Shown piece after piece: positions 1-9,360 of a stretch of 39,721 bases of DNA. The notes beneath the pieces are model-generated. The model ran no database searches, was not told the origin of the DNA, and saw nothing but the letters and a program-made list of their open reading frames with translations. A program made the translations under genes and the position numbers. Location of the stretch: the sequence record SRR20825019_150. The stretch is one strand, 5' to 3'. The stretch's first letter is position 1. Every line of letters starts with the position of its first letter.

Positions 1-78
1 TGGAGGCGCCGGGCACTGCCCCCGGGTCCGTAATACGTACTCAATGCGCCGTTTATCGCCATAGCTGGAAACCCAGCA
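1..78 (-). ncRNA. ssrA: tmRNA, acceptor piece of the circularly permuted two-piece alphaproteobacterial tmRNA (partial; the CCA end and coding piece lie outside the window)
   Basis: The reverse complement reads ...GCTATGGCGATAAACGGCGCATTGAGTACGTATTACGGA-CCCGGG-GGCAGTG-CCCGG-CGCCTCC-A. It has a 5-bp T-stem (CCGGG/CCCGG) with a 7-nt loop and an acceptor 3' strand CGCCUCC with the U70 alanine identity position. The discriminator A is at base 1. This matches my recollection of alphaproteobacterial ssrA, which lies next to thyA in this group. The 5' end is estimated from the promoter. Confidence 0.88.
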
Positions 79-83
79 CAGTG

Positions 84-112
84 GATATAAGCAATCTTTG
101 CGGCGATTTAAA
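84..112 (-). promoter_or_regulatory. Putative sigma70 promoter of ssrA
   Basis: Minus strand reads TTTAAA (107-112), a 17-bp spacer, then TATATC (84-89), directly upstream of the tmRNA sequence. Confidence 0.6.
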
Positions 113-211
113 GGATAAACCGGCATTGAGGCTGTGTTTTTCTGATTCGAGAAAAGAGGCGATTTGTGGCATACTGGTGTGATCTTGTGAACGAGTGATG
201 GGAGAAAAACC

Positions 212-805
212 ATGACGGAGCAAGGACACTGGGATTGGTCTGGCGAGACCGGACCAAGAGGCAACCTGCGTGAAGCCGTTGCCTTGTTTGACACCGAAGA
301 AGATATGCAATCAGCTGTTGATGACCTTGAGTGTCACGGCTTTTCGAATGCTGCGATCTCAAGGCCTGCTGATCCTTCGGTGGTTGAAGCAGCGATCCAA
401 CATCCGATTGAGAATGTTAACACACTTGAAGATGATGCTCGCGTACCACGCGAGGCCTTTGTTGACAAAGACAGCAAGACAAGTGGCTTCATGGTGATGA
501 TAGTGGCGCCGGTCTATGTCCTGTTGCTGGTGGGGGCCGCTATTGCTTCTGGCCATGGCTTGGCAACATGGGAAGCTATCGTGCTAATCGTGGGTTTGGG
601 TGTTATTGGCGTTCTGGGTGGCGGATATTTCGCCACCAAACGTGCTTCAGAGAGCCGGAAGCGTATCCGAAGTGAGCAGGCGCTGGGTGGGCTGTTGTTG
701 TGGGTGCGAACCGGCAGCAGGGAGCAGGAAAGCCGCGCGCTTGAAATATTGCGGCGTCATTCCGGCCGCGATGTACATCTGCACGGACCAGCATTGCAAC
801 ACTGA
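212..805 (+). CDS. Hypothetical membrane protein (197 aa) with two central TM helices and a general-stress-protein-like N-terminus
   Basis: ATG preceded by GGGAG. N-terminal 'REAVALFDTEEDMQSAVDDL..GF' beta-alpha segment, two hydrophobic stretches, and C-terminal 'GGLLLWVRT...ALEILRRHSGRDVH'. Confidence 0.75.
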   Translation: MTEQGHWDWSGETGPRGNLREAVALFDTEEDMQSAVDDLECHGFSNAAISRPADPSVVEAAIQHPIENVNTLEDDARVPREAFVDKDSKTSGFMVMIVAPVYVLLLVGAAIASGHGLATWEAIVLIVGLGVIGVLGGGYFATKRASESRKRIRSEQALGGLLLWVRTGSREQESRALEILRRHSGRDVHLHGPALQH

Positions 806-1001
806 TGCTGAGTTAGCGGTTCTTAAGCTGAAACAGGCTGCCCCTACGGGCTGTGGTTTGTCGTGCCTTGGCCATTGTTCAAGGCTTTTGGTGCTTCATA
901 AAATGCCGGTTGTATACTCCCGGCTATTGCCTCCGGCCTGACCACGTCCTATAGCTTTGGTTGAATGTTTTCATGTCGGTCAAAGTTGTTCAGGGGGCAC
1001 C

Positions 1002-1796
1002 ATGCAGCAATACCTCGCGTTGCTTCAGCGTATCAGGGAAGAGGGAGTGTTTCGGGGGGACCGTACAGGCACCGGCACCTACAGCGTTTTTGGTCATCAG
1101 ATGCGGTTCAATCTTGGGGAAGGTTTTCCACTTGTCACCACAAAGAAGCTCCACCTGAAATCCATAATTCATGAACTGCTGTGGTTTATAGCGGGCGATA
1201 CCAATGTGAAATACCTGAAAGACAATGGTGTTTCCATCTGGGATGAGTGGGCGGACGAGAATGGTGACCTTGGCCCGGTCTATGGCCACCAATGGCGTAG
1301 TTGGCCAACACCAAATGGCGAGAGCGTTGACCAGATCTCCAGACTGCTTGAGCAGATCAAGAACAACCCAAACAGCAGACGGCTAATTGTTTCAGCTTGG
1401 AACGTGGCGGATGTTGATCATATGGCGCTACCGCCGTGCCACTGCCTCTTTCAGTTTTACGTGGCTGATGGCAAGCTTTCCTGCCAGCTTTATCAGCGCA
1501 GCGCTGATGTTTTCCTCGGTGTGCCGTTCAACATTGCGTCCTATGCACTGCTCACCCATATGGTGGCGCAGGTATGTGGGCTGAAGGTGGGTGATTTTGT
1601 TCACACCTTTGGTGACACGCACCTCTACAGCAACCATATCGAACAGACAGATTTGCAGCTTGGCCGCGAAACAAGGCCGTTGCCGAAGCTTTGGCTGAAC
1701 CCGGATGTGAAGGATCTGTTCGCCTTTACCTATGATGATATCAGGATCGAGGATTATGATCCTCACCCCCATATCAAGGCCCCAGTGGCTGTGTAG
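1002..1796 (+). CDS. thyA: Thymidylate synthase (264 aa)
   Basis: Motifs DRTGTGT, PLVTTKK, ELLWF, IWDEWA, catalytic ALPPCH, YQRSAD and GVPFNIASY. Start placed at ATG 1002 (MQQYL), after AGGGGG. Confidence 0.98.
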   Translation: MQQYLALLQRIREEGVFRGDRTGTGTYSVFGHQMRFNLGEGFPLVTTKKLHLKSIIHELLWFIAGDTNVKYLKDNGVSIWDEWADENGDLGPVYGHQWRSWPTPNGESVDQISRLLEQIKNNPNSRRLIVSAWNVADVDHMALPPCHCLFQFYVADGKLSCQLYQRSADVFLGVPFNIASYALLTHMVAQVCGLKVGDFVHTFGDTHLYSNHIEQTDLQLGRETRPLPKLWLNPDVKDLFAFTYDDIRIEDYDPHPHIKAPVAV

Positions 1797-1819
1797 GCGC
1801 AAGGTAGGGTTGGCAGCAC

Positions 1820-3700
1820 GTGGCACGCGATAACGACATTGATTTCAAACAGATGGCCCTTGTTGTTGTGGTCATCCTGATCGGTGCCATCCTAACATTT
1901 TCTGCAACACGGGAAAGCGTACGCTCTGCCGACGATGAAGCACGAGCACGCTTCCAATCGGCTGCGGCCCTCTATGTCAACCGGATAAAAAGCGAATTTG
2001 TGCACGGGTTAAGCTCCGCAGAGGACCTGTTTCACTACTATGAGGCTTATGACGAGTATAACGACACGACATTCAACCGTATGGTGGTGGCGTCCAGCGC
2101 GCTTAATCGCAACCGGAAGGTTGTGGGGGTCGTTATTGCTGTGGACGATGGTAACCGGGCGGATTTCCTGGATTATGCCCGCGAGAAAAACGGTCCTGAC
2201 TTTGAAATCAGCAAACCATGGAAAATTGACATGCCGGCCGAGCCCGGTGCCCGTTCATTTCCGTTCCTTTACGCGTGGTCTGAAGACGAGGGACGCGCCG
2301 CACGTTGGCGCGGGCTGGATTTTGGCGCCCATGCCCAGATAAATACCTTCTTTGAGGAGACACTGGCAAACGGTAAACCGTCCGGCATTCTGTTGCCGCA
2401 GTTAGAGAACAAAAAAGAAGGCTGTGTACTGTTGGCCTATCCTTTCGCCCGCAGCCGCGAGAATGCCACCGGCCTGGTTGTGCAACTGGTTGACCTACCA
2501 AGGATGGTGCAGTTCGCGTTGGAGAGTGACCGCCTCGCTGGATTGAATGCAACCTTTTCGTCCTTCTGGGGACAGGGCGCATTCCAGCAGACACTGGGTC
2601 TTGTTGACTGGAAACTTTCAGAAGAGGCCACGCCGTCGCCTGAGGAAAAGCCCTGGGTGAGTGTGCGCGAGATGGAAGTGGGTAACCATACCTGGCGCGT
2701 TGCCGCATGGGCGCCCTATAGCCAGTTTAAAGCCGATTATAGTGCGGCTTTTATTGCTGCAAGCGTAAGCTTGCTCCTCACCGGTCTGGTGGTTTTTATA
2801 GTTTGGTCACAGTCCCAGCGCGCCAAGCGCGTTATCGATATAGTGAACCGGCGTACCCGCGCTCTCAAGGAGGCGCATGACGAACTTGAACAGCACTATA
2901 AGCTGCTGCAAAACCTGAACAAGGATGTGGAGGAAGCGCGCCGCTCAGCAGAAACAGCAAACCGAGCCAAGTCCGAATTTCTCGCGACGATGAGCCATGA
3001 GTTAAGGACCCCGCTGAACGCTATTCTGGGTTTTTCCCAGCTACTGCAGGAACAGGCGCTGGGCCCTATCGGTGACCCGAGGTATGTTGAATATTCCAAG
3101 GATATCAACGCCAGCGGCACGCACCTTCTGTCCATCATCAACGATATTCTTGATCTGGCCAAGCTTGAGGCCGGTAAAATCAGGATCGAACACAAGGTAC
3201 TTTCTACACGGTCGCTTGTTGAGCGAGCGATAGCCCTGATGTCCCAGCAGGCCAAGGGCAAGGGGCTTGACCTTCGCTCAGAGTTTGCATCCAATATGCC
3301 TGACCGCATCTTTGGTGATGAATTGCGCCTGAGGCAAATTCTTATCAACCTCGGCTCAAACTCTATCAAGTTCACCAATTCGGGCAGTGTTGTTATCCGC
3401 TTGCACCCCAAACCGTTCCCAACCGGGCAGGCAGGCTGGGTTCTGGAAGTGCAAGACACCGGCATTGGCATCCCGGAAGAGAAACAGTCCACCCTGTTTG
3501 ATCGTTTCACGCAGGTTGATACCGCATTATCGCGTCGTCATGGTGGGGTAGGGTTGGGGCTGGCAATTTGCCGCGAGCTTGTTGACCGGATGGAAGGCAA
3601 AATCAGCGTACGCAGTACCCCGAACGTGGGCACCACAGTACGGGCACATCTGCCGCTTGAAATTGCCGACACGGAAGACGATGACGACGGCATGATCTAG
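1820..3700 (+). CDS. Membrane sensor histidine kinase: TM, periplasmic CHASE-like domain, TM, coiled coil, HisKA, HATPase; no receiver domain
   Basis: H-box FLATMSHELRTPLNAI, N-box RLRQILINLGSNSIKFT, G1 VQDTGIGI, F-box LFDRFTQ, G2 GVGLGLAI. Two TM segments flank a ~280-aa extracytoplasmic region. The CHASE assignment is by resemblance only. Confidence 0.9.
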   Translation: MARDNDIDFKQMALVVVVILIGAILTFSATRESVRSADDEARARFQSAAALYVNRIKSEFVHGLSSAEDLFHYYEAYDEYNDTTFNRMVVASSALNRNRKVVGVVIAVDDGNRADFLDYAREKNGPDFEISKPWKIDMPAEPGARSFPFLYAWSEDEGRAARWRGLDFGAHAQINTFFEETLANGKPSGILLPQLENKKEGCVLLAYPFARSRENATGLVVQLVDLPRMVQFALESDRLAGLNATFSSFWGQGAFQQTLGLVDWKLSEEATPSPEEKPWVSVREMEVGNHTWRVAAWAPYSQFKADYSAAFIAASVSLLLTGLVVFIVWSQSQRAKRVIDIVNRRTRALKEAHDELEQHYKLLQNLNKDVEEARRSAETANRAKSEFLATMSHELRTPLNAILGFSQLLQEQALGPIGDPRYVEYSKDINASGTHLLSIINDILDLAKLEAGKIRIEHKVLSTRSLVERAIALMSQQAKGKGLDLRSEFASNMPDRIFGDELRLRQILINLGSNSIKFTNSGSVVIRLHPKPFPTGQAGWVLEVQDTGIGIPEEKQSTLFDRFTQVDTALSRRHGGVGLGLAICRELVDRMEGKISVRSTPNVGTTVRAHLPLEIADTEDDDDGMI

Positions 3701-3734
3701 GGCCGTTCCCTGAAATTAGTTTAGGAGTTTTGAG

Positions 3735-4217
3735 ATGATTTCCATGATCGTTGCCATGGGCGAGAACAGGCTGATCGGCCGGGATAACGATTTGCCGTGG
3801 CACATTCCGGCAGACCTCAAGTTTTTCAAGGCAACCACCATGGGTAAGCCCATGATCATGGGCCGCAAGACCTTTGATTCGATTGGGAGACCACTTCCCG
3901 GGCGGCGCACTATCGTGGTGACCCGCAACCCTGACTGGGCATGCGAGGGGGTAGAGGTTGCCTCATCTCTGTACGATGCCCTCAAGCTGGCTGAAGGCGC
4001 GGATGAGGTCATGATTGTTGGCGGCGCACAAATATATGCACAGGCTCTAGCTGAAGCAGACAGGCTCTATGTCACTGAAGTGGCGCTGAGCTTGGAGGGT
4101 GATGCCTACTTCCCTGAAATCAATGATGCTGAATGGGGTGTGGTATCGCGCGAAAACCACCAGGCAGAGGATAAGAACCCCGCCTATTCATTCGTTGTCT
4201 ACGACCGGATATTTTGA
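3735..4217 (+). CDS. folA: Dihydrofolate reductase
   Basis: MISMIVA..N.LIG..N.LPWHIPADLKFFK..T.GKPMIMGRKTFDSIGRPLPGRR, IVGGAQIY, GDAYFP; SD AGGAG. Confidence 0.97.
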   Translation: MISMIVAMGENRLIGRDNDLPWHIPADLKFFKATTMGKPMIMGRKTFDSIGRPLPGRRTIVVTRNPDWACEGVEVASSLYDALKLAEGADEVMIVGGAQIYAQALAEADRLYVTEVALSLEGDAYFPEINDAEWGVVSRENHQAEDKNPAYSFVVYDRIF

Positions 4218-4229
4218 CGAAAATTCAGA

Positions 4230-5312
4230 CTAGGCAGGTAAACCTGCGGCTATCTGTTTCGCAATCGCGCGGTAGGCAATAGCCGGTTTGCCCTCAGGTT
4301 CGTGCAACACTACAGGTGTACCGCCATCTGCATGCTGGCGAACGCTCATCTCCAGCGGGATACCGCCAAGGAAGGCACAGCCGAGCTCTTTCGCCGTTTC
4401 TTCCGCACCGCCATGCCCGAATATGTCTGACGCTTCCCCGCAATGCGGGCAAATGAATGTGCTCATATTCTCAATAATGCCAAGGATTGGCACCTTCACC
4501 TGCCTGAACATGGCGAGGCCCTTTCGCGCATCAATCAGCGCGAGGTCTTGCGGGGTGGAGACAATCACGGCGCCCGTAAGCGGCGCCTGCTGCACCATGG
4601 TGAGCTGTACGTCACCTGTGCCCGGTGGCATGTCCACAATCAGCACATCAAGGGGGCCCCAGGCTACGTCACGCAGTAGCTGTTGCGTGGCGCCCATAAC
4701 ACGTGGCCCGCGCCACACTACCGGCTGATCGACATCGATCAGAAACCCGATGGACATAACTTTCACGCCGTAAGCCATGATTGGCTGGATAACTTTGTTC
4801 TTGATCTCAGGGCGCTCATCCACACCCATCAGCATGGGAAGGGAGGGGCCGAAAATATCCGCGTCCATGATGCCGACCTTGAGGCCTTGTTCTTTAAGGG
4901 CGAGGGCAAGATTGACGGATGTGGTGGATTTACCCACGCCGCCTTTGCCGCTTGCCACCGCTATAATGTGTTTCACACCCGGTATTTCAACGGGGGTTGG
5001 AGGGGCTTTCGCTGGCGAGGGGCCTGCAGGTTTCGCCTCAGGTGCGGCCTTGCGGGTTGCGGTTACTATGGCATTGGCTGTGTTGATGCCGTCAACAGTG
5101 CAAGCCACGGCTTCAACGCGGATGCGCAGCGCTTCAACCTCAGACGGTGAACTATTGCCAAAATCAAGAATAATGCCTGCCTTGTCGCCGTCAACCACAA
5201 TGGCGCTTACAAGCCCTGCTGTGACAATATCGCTTTTGCCATCCGGGCTCGGGACGTCAACCAGCGCCGCTTGGATTGCTTTTTTGAGCATTTCTTTGTG
5301 TTCAACCACCAT
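4230..5312 (-). CDS. mrp: Mrp/ApbC (NBP35 family) Fe-S cluster carrier ATPase
   Basis: Deviant Walker A VASGKGGVGKST, plus DADIFGPS, PVVWRGP, DMPPGTGD, STPQD and ENMS..CPHC. Confidence 0.95.
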   Translation of the reverse strand: MVVEHKEMLKKAIQAALVDVPSPDGKSDIVTAGLVSAIVVDGDKAGIILDFGNSSPSEVEALRIRVEAVACTVDGINTANAIVTATRKAAPEAKPAGPSPAKAPPTPVEIPGVKHIIAVASGKGGVGKSTTSVNLALALKEQGLKVGIMDADIFGPSLPMLMGVDERPEIKNKVIQPIMAYGVKVMSIGFLIDVDQPVVWRGPRVMGATQQLLRDVAWGPLDVLIVDMPPGTGDVQLTMVQQAPLTGAVIVSTPQDLALIDARKGLAMFRQVKVPILGIIENMSTFICPHCGEASDIFGHGGAEETAKELGCAFLGGIPLEMSVRQHADGGTPVVLHEPEGKPAIAYRAIAKQIAAGLPA

Positions 5313-5359
5313 AAAACCTCATTTTTGGGCGAAATCCGGTGCAATTTTGCCGACAAGCG

Positions 5360-5388
5360 TTGCAGCCACGGTGCCCCTACCATATATA
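5360..5388 (+). promoter_or_regulatory. Putative promoter of the hflKC operon, possibly RpoH-type
   Basis: TTGCAG, 17 bp, TATATA. The -10 context CCATATAT resembles the alphaproteobacterial RpoH -10 element. Confidence 0.4.
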
Positions 5389-5467
5389 GGCTAGCAAGAC
5401 ACGGTCTTTCTGTTCACATGAGAACAGATGAGTTCTGAGGCGCAAAAGCGCAATAGGGGAGATATAT

Positions 5468-6553
5468 ATGCCTTGGCAAAATAACGGTGACGGCGGAAAG
5501 CCAAACCCGTGGGGCAATGGCCCACGGCGTAGTGGCGGCGGTGGCGAACCACCAAACATTGATGAATATATTCGCAAAAGTCAGGATCGGTTGCGTCAAG
5601 CATTGCCGGGCGGCAAAGGCGGCGTGTTTGTCATTCTGCTTGTTATCGTTGCGCTCTGGCTTCTGGCTGGGCTTTACCGGGTTGAACCGAACGAGCAGGC
5701 GGTAGTTCTGCGGTTTGGTCAATGGACAGAATCGACAGGCCCCGGCCTTCACTGGCATCTGCCGTATCCAGTCGAAACCGTTGAAGTCCGCGGTGTTACC
5801 GACGAGAAACAAGTTTCCATCGGTAGCCGCCAGCAGGAAACACGCAGGAGCGGGCGCCAAAGTTTTGCGCGCCTTGATGAAAGCCTGATGCTGACACAGG
5901 ACGAGAACATCGTTGATGTTCGTTTCAATGTGGTCTGGCGCATCAAGGATCTCGGCAACTATCTCTTCAAACTTGAAGACCCTGAGGGAACCATCAAATC
6001 CGTTTCTGAAAGTGCAATGCGTGAGATGGTTGGTAAAAACAAGATCACCCCCATCATCACCACGGAGCGTGGCCTTCTTGAGCAGGACGTCAAAACCCTG
6101 ATCCAAACAACGCTTGATGCATATGAAACAGGTGTTGACGTGCTGCGCGTACAAATTATCGAATCTGAAGCACCGGAAGAGGTGAAAGACGCGTTCCTTG
6201 ATGTACAGCGTGCAGAAGCTGATCAGCAACGTTTCAAGAACGAAGCCGACGCCTATAGCAACCAGGTTGTTCGTGAGGCTGAAGGCCGGTCTGAGCGTAT
6301 GGTGCAGGTGGCCGAAGCTTACCGGGCGCAGACAGTTGCGCGGGCTCAAGGTGAAGCAGCGCGCTTCCTGTCTGTTTATGACGAGTATGTGTTGGCAAAA
6401 GACGTGACGAGAAAACGTATGTACCTTGAAACGATGGAACAGATTCTTTCAGGTATGGACAAGATCGTCGTGGACGGCAAAGCAGGTTCCGGTGTTGTGC
6501 CTTATCTGCCGCTTGAGCAACTTAAAGCAAAATCGTCAAGCGAGGGGAAATAA
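5468..6553 (+). CDS. hflK: FtsH protease modulator HflK
   Basis: Typical N-terminus MPWQNN...PWG...PPNIDE, a single TM helix, and an SPFH domain (GVV/AVVLRFG, PGLHW, MLTQDENIV). C-terminus RMYLETME...GVVPYLPL. Confidence 0.97.
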   Translation: MPWQNNGDGGKPNPWGNGPRRSGGGGEPPNIDEYIRKSQDRLRQALPGGKGGVFVILLVIVALWLLAGLYRVEPNEQAVVLRFGQWTESTGPGLHWHLPYPVETVEVRGVTDEKQVSIGSRQQETRRSGRQSFARLDESLMLTQDENIVDVRFNVVWRIKDLGNYLFKLEDPEGTIKSVSESAMREMVGKNKITPIITTERGLLEQDVKTLIQTTLDAYETGVDVLRVQIIESEAPEEVKDAFLDVQRAEADQQRFKNEADAYSNQVVREAEGRSERMVQVAEAYRAQTVARAQGEAARFLSVYDEYVLAKDVTRKRMYLETMEQILSGMDKIVVDGKAGSGVVPYLPLEQLKAKSSSEGK

Positions 6554-6556
6554 GCC

Positions 6557-7420
6557 ATGAATGCTAAATCAATTGTAGCGCTCGTTCTTCTTGCGATTGT
6601 CGCTTTTGTTGGCCTCAACAGTATGTTCATTGTAGATGAACGCAAGCAGGCCATCGTGGTTCAATTTGGTGAACCGAAACGGACGGTAACGGAACCAGGC
6701 CTTCACTTCAAAACACCGATGGTCGAACAGGTTATCTTGCTTGAAAAGCGGATCATGAGTCTTGACGTGCCGCCACAAGAGGTGCTCGCAAGCGATCAGC
6801 GCCGTATCCTTGTTGATAGTTTTGCCCGCTACCGTATCAGCGATCCGCTGAAGCGGTATCAGGCAGCACGTGATGAGCGCGGTGCAGCCAGCCTCCTTGA
6901 AAATGCTATGGAATCAACGGTTCGTCAGGTGTTGGCACAGGAACCAATGGCGGGGATTGTGTCCGGCCAGCGTGCCGAACTGATGAAACGCATCAGTGAC
7001 CTCACCAACGAAAGGGCTAAAACCTTTGGCCTTGAAGTTGTTGATGTGCGCTTGAAACGGGTTGATCTTCCACCAGCGAACAGCGAAGCGATTTTCCGCC
7101 GCATGGAAACAGAGCGCCAGCGGGAAGCCGCAGACAAACGTGCCAGTGGTCAGCGTGACGCGGTGAAAATCAAAGCAGCGGCTGACAGGCAGGTGGCTGA
7201 ACTTATCGCTGAAGCCGAGCGTCAATCACAAACCATTCGTGGTGAAGCTGACGGGCAAGCGGTGAAGATTTTTGCGAATGCTTTCGGTAAAGACCAGGAC
7301 TTTTTCGAGTTTTACCGTACCATGCAGGCGTACCGGGTTGCGCTCGGCAAAGATGATACCCGCCTTGTTCTCTCGCCTGACAGTGAGTTTTTCAAACTGT
7401 TCATGAACGAGAAGAACTAA
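6557..7420 (+). CDS. hflC: FtsH protease modulator HflC
   Basis: TM helix plus SPFH domain (PGLHFKTP, VDVRLKRVDLP, RMETER, FFEFYRTMQAY, LVLSPDSEFF); 3 bp after hflK. Confidence 0.97.
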   Translation: MNAKSIVALVLLAIVAFVGLNSMFIVDERKQAIVVQFGEPKRTVTEPGLHFKTPMVEQVILLEKRIMSLDVPPQEVLASDQRRILVDSFARYRISDPLKRYQAARDERGAASLLENAMESTVRQVLAQEPMAGIVSGQRAELMKRISDLTNERAKTFGLEVVDVRLKRVDLPPANSEAIFRRMETERQREAADKRASGQRDAVKIKAAADRQVAELIAEAERQSQTIRGEADGQAVKIFANAFGKDQDFFEFYRTMQAYRVALGKDDTRLVLSPDSEFFKLFMNEKN

Positions 7421-7436
7421 GCCGCGCGGAAGCAAA

Positions 7437-7631
7437 GTGGATTGGAAACTGTTACTTCTTGGTTTGGGCCTCGCTCTCTTTTTGGAGGGCGCGGCCTATG
7501 CCATTATGCCGGAAAGCCTTAAAAAGCTGCTTATCGCAGCGGCGGGGCAGCCCGCCGCAAAGCTCCGCATCATGGGCTTGACCCTGGCGGTGATCGGTGT
7601 TGCGATAGTGTGGATGGTTAAAGGTGCATAA
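7437..7631 (+). CDS. DUF2065 (YjeT-like) small membrane protein
   Basis: LGLALFLEG..YA..P..LK......LRIMGL motif, at the conserved position after hflC. Confidence 0.85.
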   Translation: MDWKLLLLGLGLALFLEGAAYAIMPESLKKLLIAAAGQPAAKLRIMGLTLAVIGVAIVWMVKGA

Positions 7632-7696
7632 TTGTGCCAGACCAAAATAAACCGGCCAACGCGAGTAACGGAAAATAATTTGAAGGAGTATGTGCC

Positions 7697-9205
7697 TTGA
7701 GCACCAACTTAGTAAAAGCGATCGACACGAGACATTGGGCGGGCATGATGCGCGCGCTCCTGACAGCTGTGCTTATTGTCGCAGCAGCAACAGTCTCGAT
7801 GCGGCCAGCTGCCGCGCGTGGCGCACCTGAAAGCTTTGCCGACCTGGTTGAAAAACTGTCTCCTGCTGTTGTGAATATCTCAACGGTGCAGACAATCCGC
7901 ACACGCGGTAATCGCCGCGCACCGCAACTGCCAGAAGGCATGCCTTTTGGTGACTTGTGGGACCAGTTCCGTGACCGTATGGATGAAGACGAAGAACCAC
8001 GTCAGGCACAAAGCCTGGGCTCTGGCTTTATCGTTGACGCCACGGGCATTGTGGTAACCAACAATCACGTTGTTGAAGACGCCGACGAGATCACGGTGAT
8101 CACCGCTGACGGCGAGGAATTTCCGGCCGAACTTATTGGTCGTGATGCCCTGTCCGATATCGCTGTCCTACAGATCAATCACGAAAACGGTGACAAATTT
8201 CCGTTCGTAACTTGGGGTGATAGCGATGTTGAGCGTATCGGCGACTGGGTGATGGCAATCGGAAACCCGTTTGGACTTTCCTCAACCGTAACCGCAGGTA
8301 TTGTTTCGGCGCGCAATCGCAGCATCAACAACAACGATGTTGAGTTCATTCAGACCGATGCATCGATCAACCGTGGTAACTCCGGTGGCCCGCTTTTCAA
8401 TATGGAAGGTGAAGTTATCGGTGTGAACACGGCGATCTTCTCACCATCTGGTGGTAACGTAGGTATTGGTTTTGCTATTCCGTCCAACGATGCATCCCGC
8501 GTGATCCGTGAGCTGCGTGAGCATGGCAAGGTACGTCGCGGTTGGCTTGGTGTGGGCATTCAGCCAATGACCAAGGAAATTGCTGAAACACTTGGTATCG
8601 AGCAAACCGAAGGTGCCATGGTAACGCGCGTTGAGCCAGACAGCCCAGCCGCGAACGGTGGCCTCAAAGACGGTGACATCATCATCAAGTGGGATGGTAA
8701 AGAGATCGAGAACAGCAACCGCCTGAGCCTTCTGGTGAAACGCACAGATATCGGCAAGCCAGTTGACGTGATCGTCCTGCGTGGCAAAGAGAAGGTAACC
8801 CTTCAGGTTACCACAGGTGAACTGCCTGCCGAGCTTGCACAAGTGACACCGGGTGATGAGCAAGATGGTGACGGCCCTGGTAGTGACCGGGCAGACCGCC
8901 AACTGGTTGAAGGTATGGAGCTTGCGCCGCTCAATGATGGTCTGCGTAGGCAGTATGAAATTGATGAAACCGTGGAAGGTGTTGTTGTGCTTCGTGTAGC
9001 GCGCCGGTCACCTGCTGCCCGGGCTCGTATCCGCCCTGGTACGGTTATCATCAGTGTCAACCAGCAGGATGTATCCAGCGCGACTGATGTTGTAGAGTTG
9101 ATCGAGGAAACCAGGGATGCCGGTCGTGACCGTATCCTCGTTCTTGTGAACTTCCGCGGCAACACGGTGCATATCCCGCTTCGGTTGATGGATGACGAAG
9201 AATAA
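7697..9205 (+). CDS. Periplasmic serine endoprotease, Do/DegP/DegQ family, with two PDZ domains
   Basis: Signal peptide, PESFADLVEKLSPAVVNI, GSGFI, catalytic TNNHV / DIAVL / GNSGGPL, two PDZ regions. TTG start 8 nt after GAAGGAG (ATG 7745 is an alternative). Confidence 0.95.
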   Translation: MSTNLVKAIDTRHWAGMMRALLTAVLIVAAATVSMRPAAARGAPESFADLVEKLSPAVVNISTVQTIRTRGNRRAPQLPEGMPFGDLWDQFRDRMDEDEEPRQAQSLGSGFIVDATGIVVTNNHVVEDADEITVITADGEEFPAELIGRDALSDIAVLQINHENGDKFPFVTWGDSDVERIGDWVMAIGNPFGLSSTVTAGIVSARNRSINNNDVEFIQTDASINRGNSGGPLFNMEGEVIGVNTAIFSPSGGNVGIGFAIPSNDASRVIRELREHGKVRRGWLGVGIQPMTKEIAETLGIEQTEGAMVTRVEPDSPAANGGLKDGDIIIKWDGKEIENSNRLSLLVKRTDIGKPVDVIVLRGKEKVTLQVTTGELPAELAQVTPGDEQDGDGPGSDRADRQLVEGMELAPLNDGLRRQYEIDETVEGVVVLRVARRSPAARARIRPGTVIISVNQQDVSSATDVVELIEETRDAGRDRILVLVNFRGNTVHIPLRLMDDEE

Positions 9206-9229
9206 GCTGAACCAATGGTTTAGTGAAGG

Positions 9230-9257
9230 AAGGGGCCGGTTTTCCGGCCCCTTTTTT
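9230..9257 (+). terminator. Rho-independent terminator after the protease gene
   Basis: AAGGGGCCGG-TTTT-CCGGCCCC followed by TTTTTT. Confidence 0.9.
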
Positions 9258-9300
9258 AATGGGCCTCTCATATCGGGAATGGCTGTCACATCACTGTAAA

Positions 9301-9329
9301 TTGTATAAATACATCATATGATTTAAAGT
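9301..9329 (+). promoter_or_regulatory. Putative sigma70 promoter of the SH3-MBL hydrolase gene
   Basis: TTGTAT (9301-9306), 17 bp, TAAAGT (9324-9329), in an AT-rich patch after the terminator. Confidence 0.6.
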
Positions 9330-9360
9330 GACGATGGCGAATTCTATGAGGGGGCTACTC

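Noticed and set aside
957..1001. N-terminal extensions of thyA (and similarly serB, msrA and the 31301 ORF) in the ORF track
   Set aside because: Family-typical N-termini and SD sequences point to downstream starts at 1002, 11819, 31612 and 31730.
5414..6349. Long antisense ORFs (5414-6349, 15638-16579, 23884-24795, 24808-25707, 26922-27683, 29341-30108, 35569-36306)
   Set aside because: They lie opposite well-conserved genes, show no recognisable motifs, and are expected from codon bias in GC-rich coding DNA.
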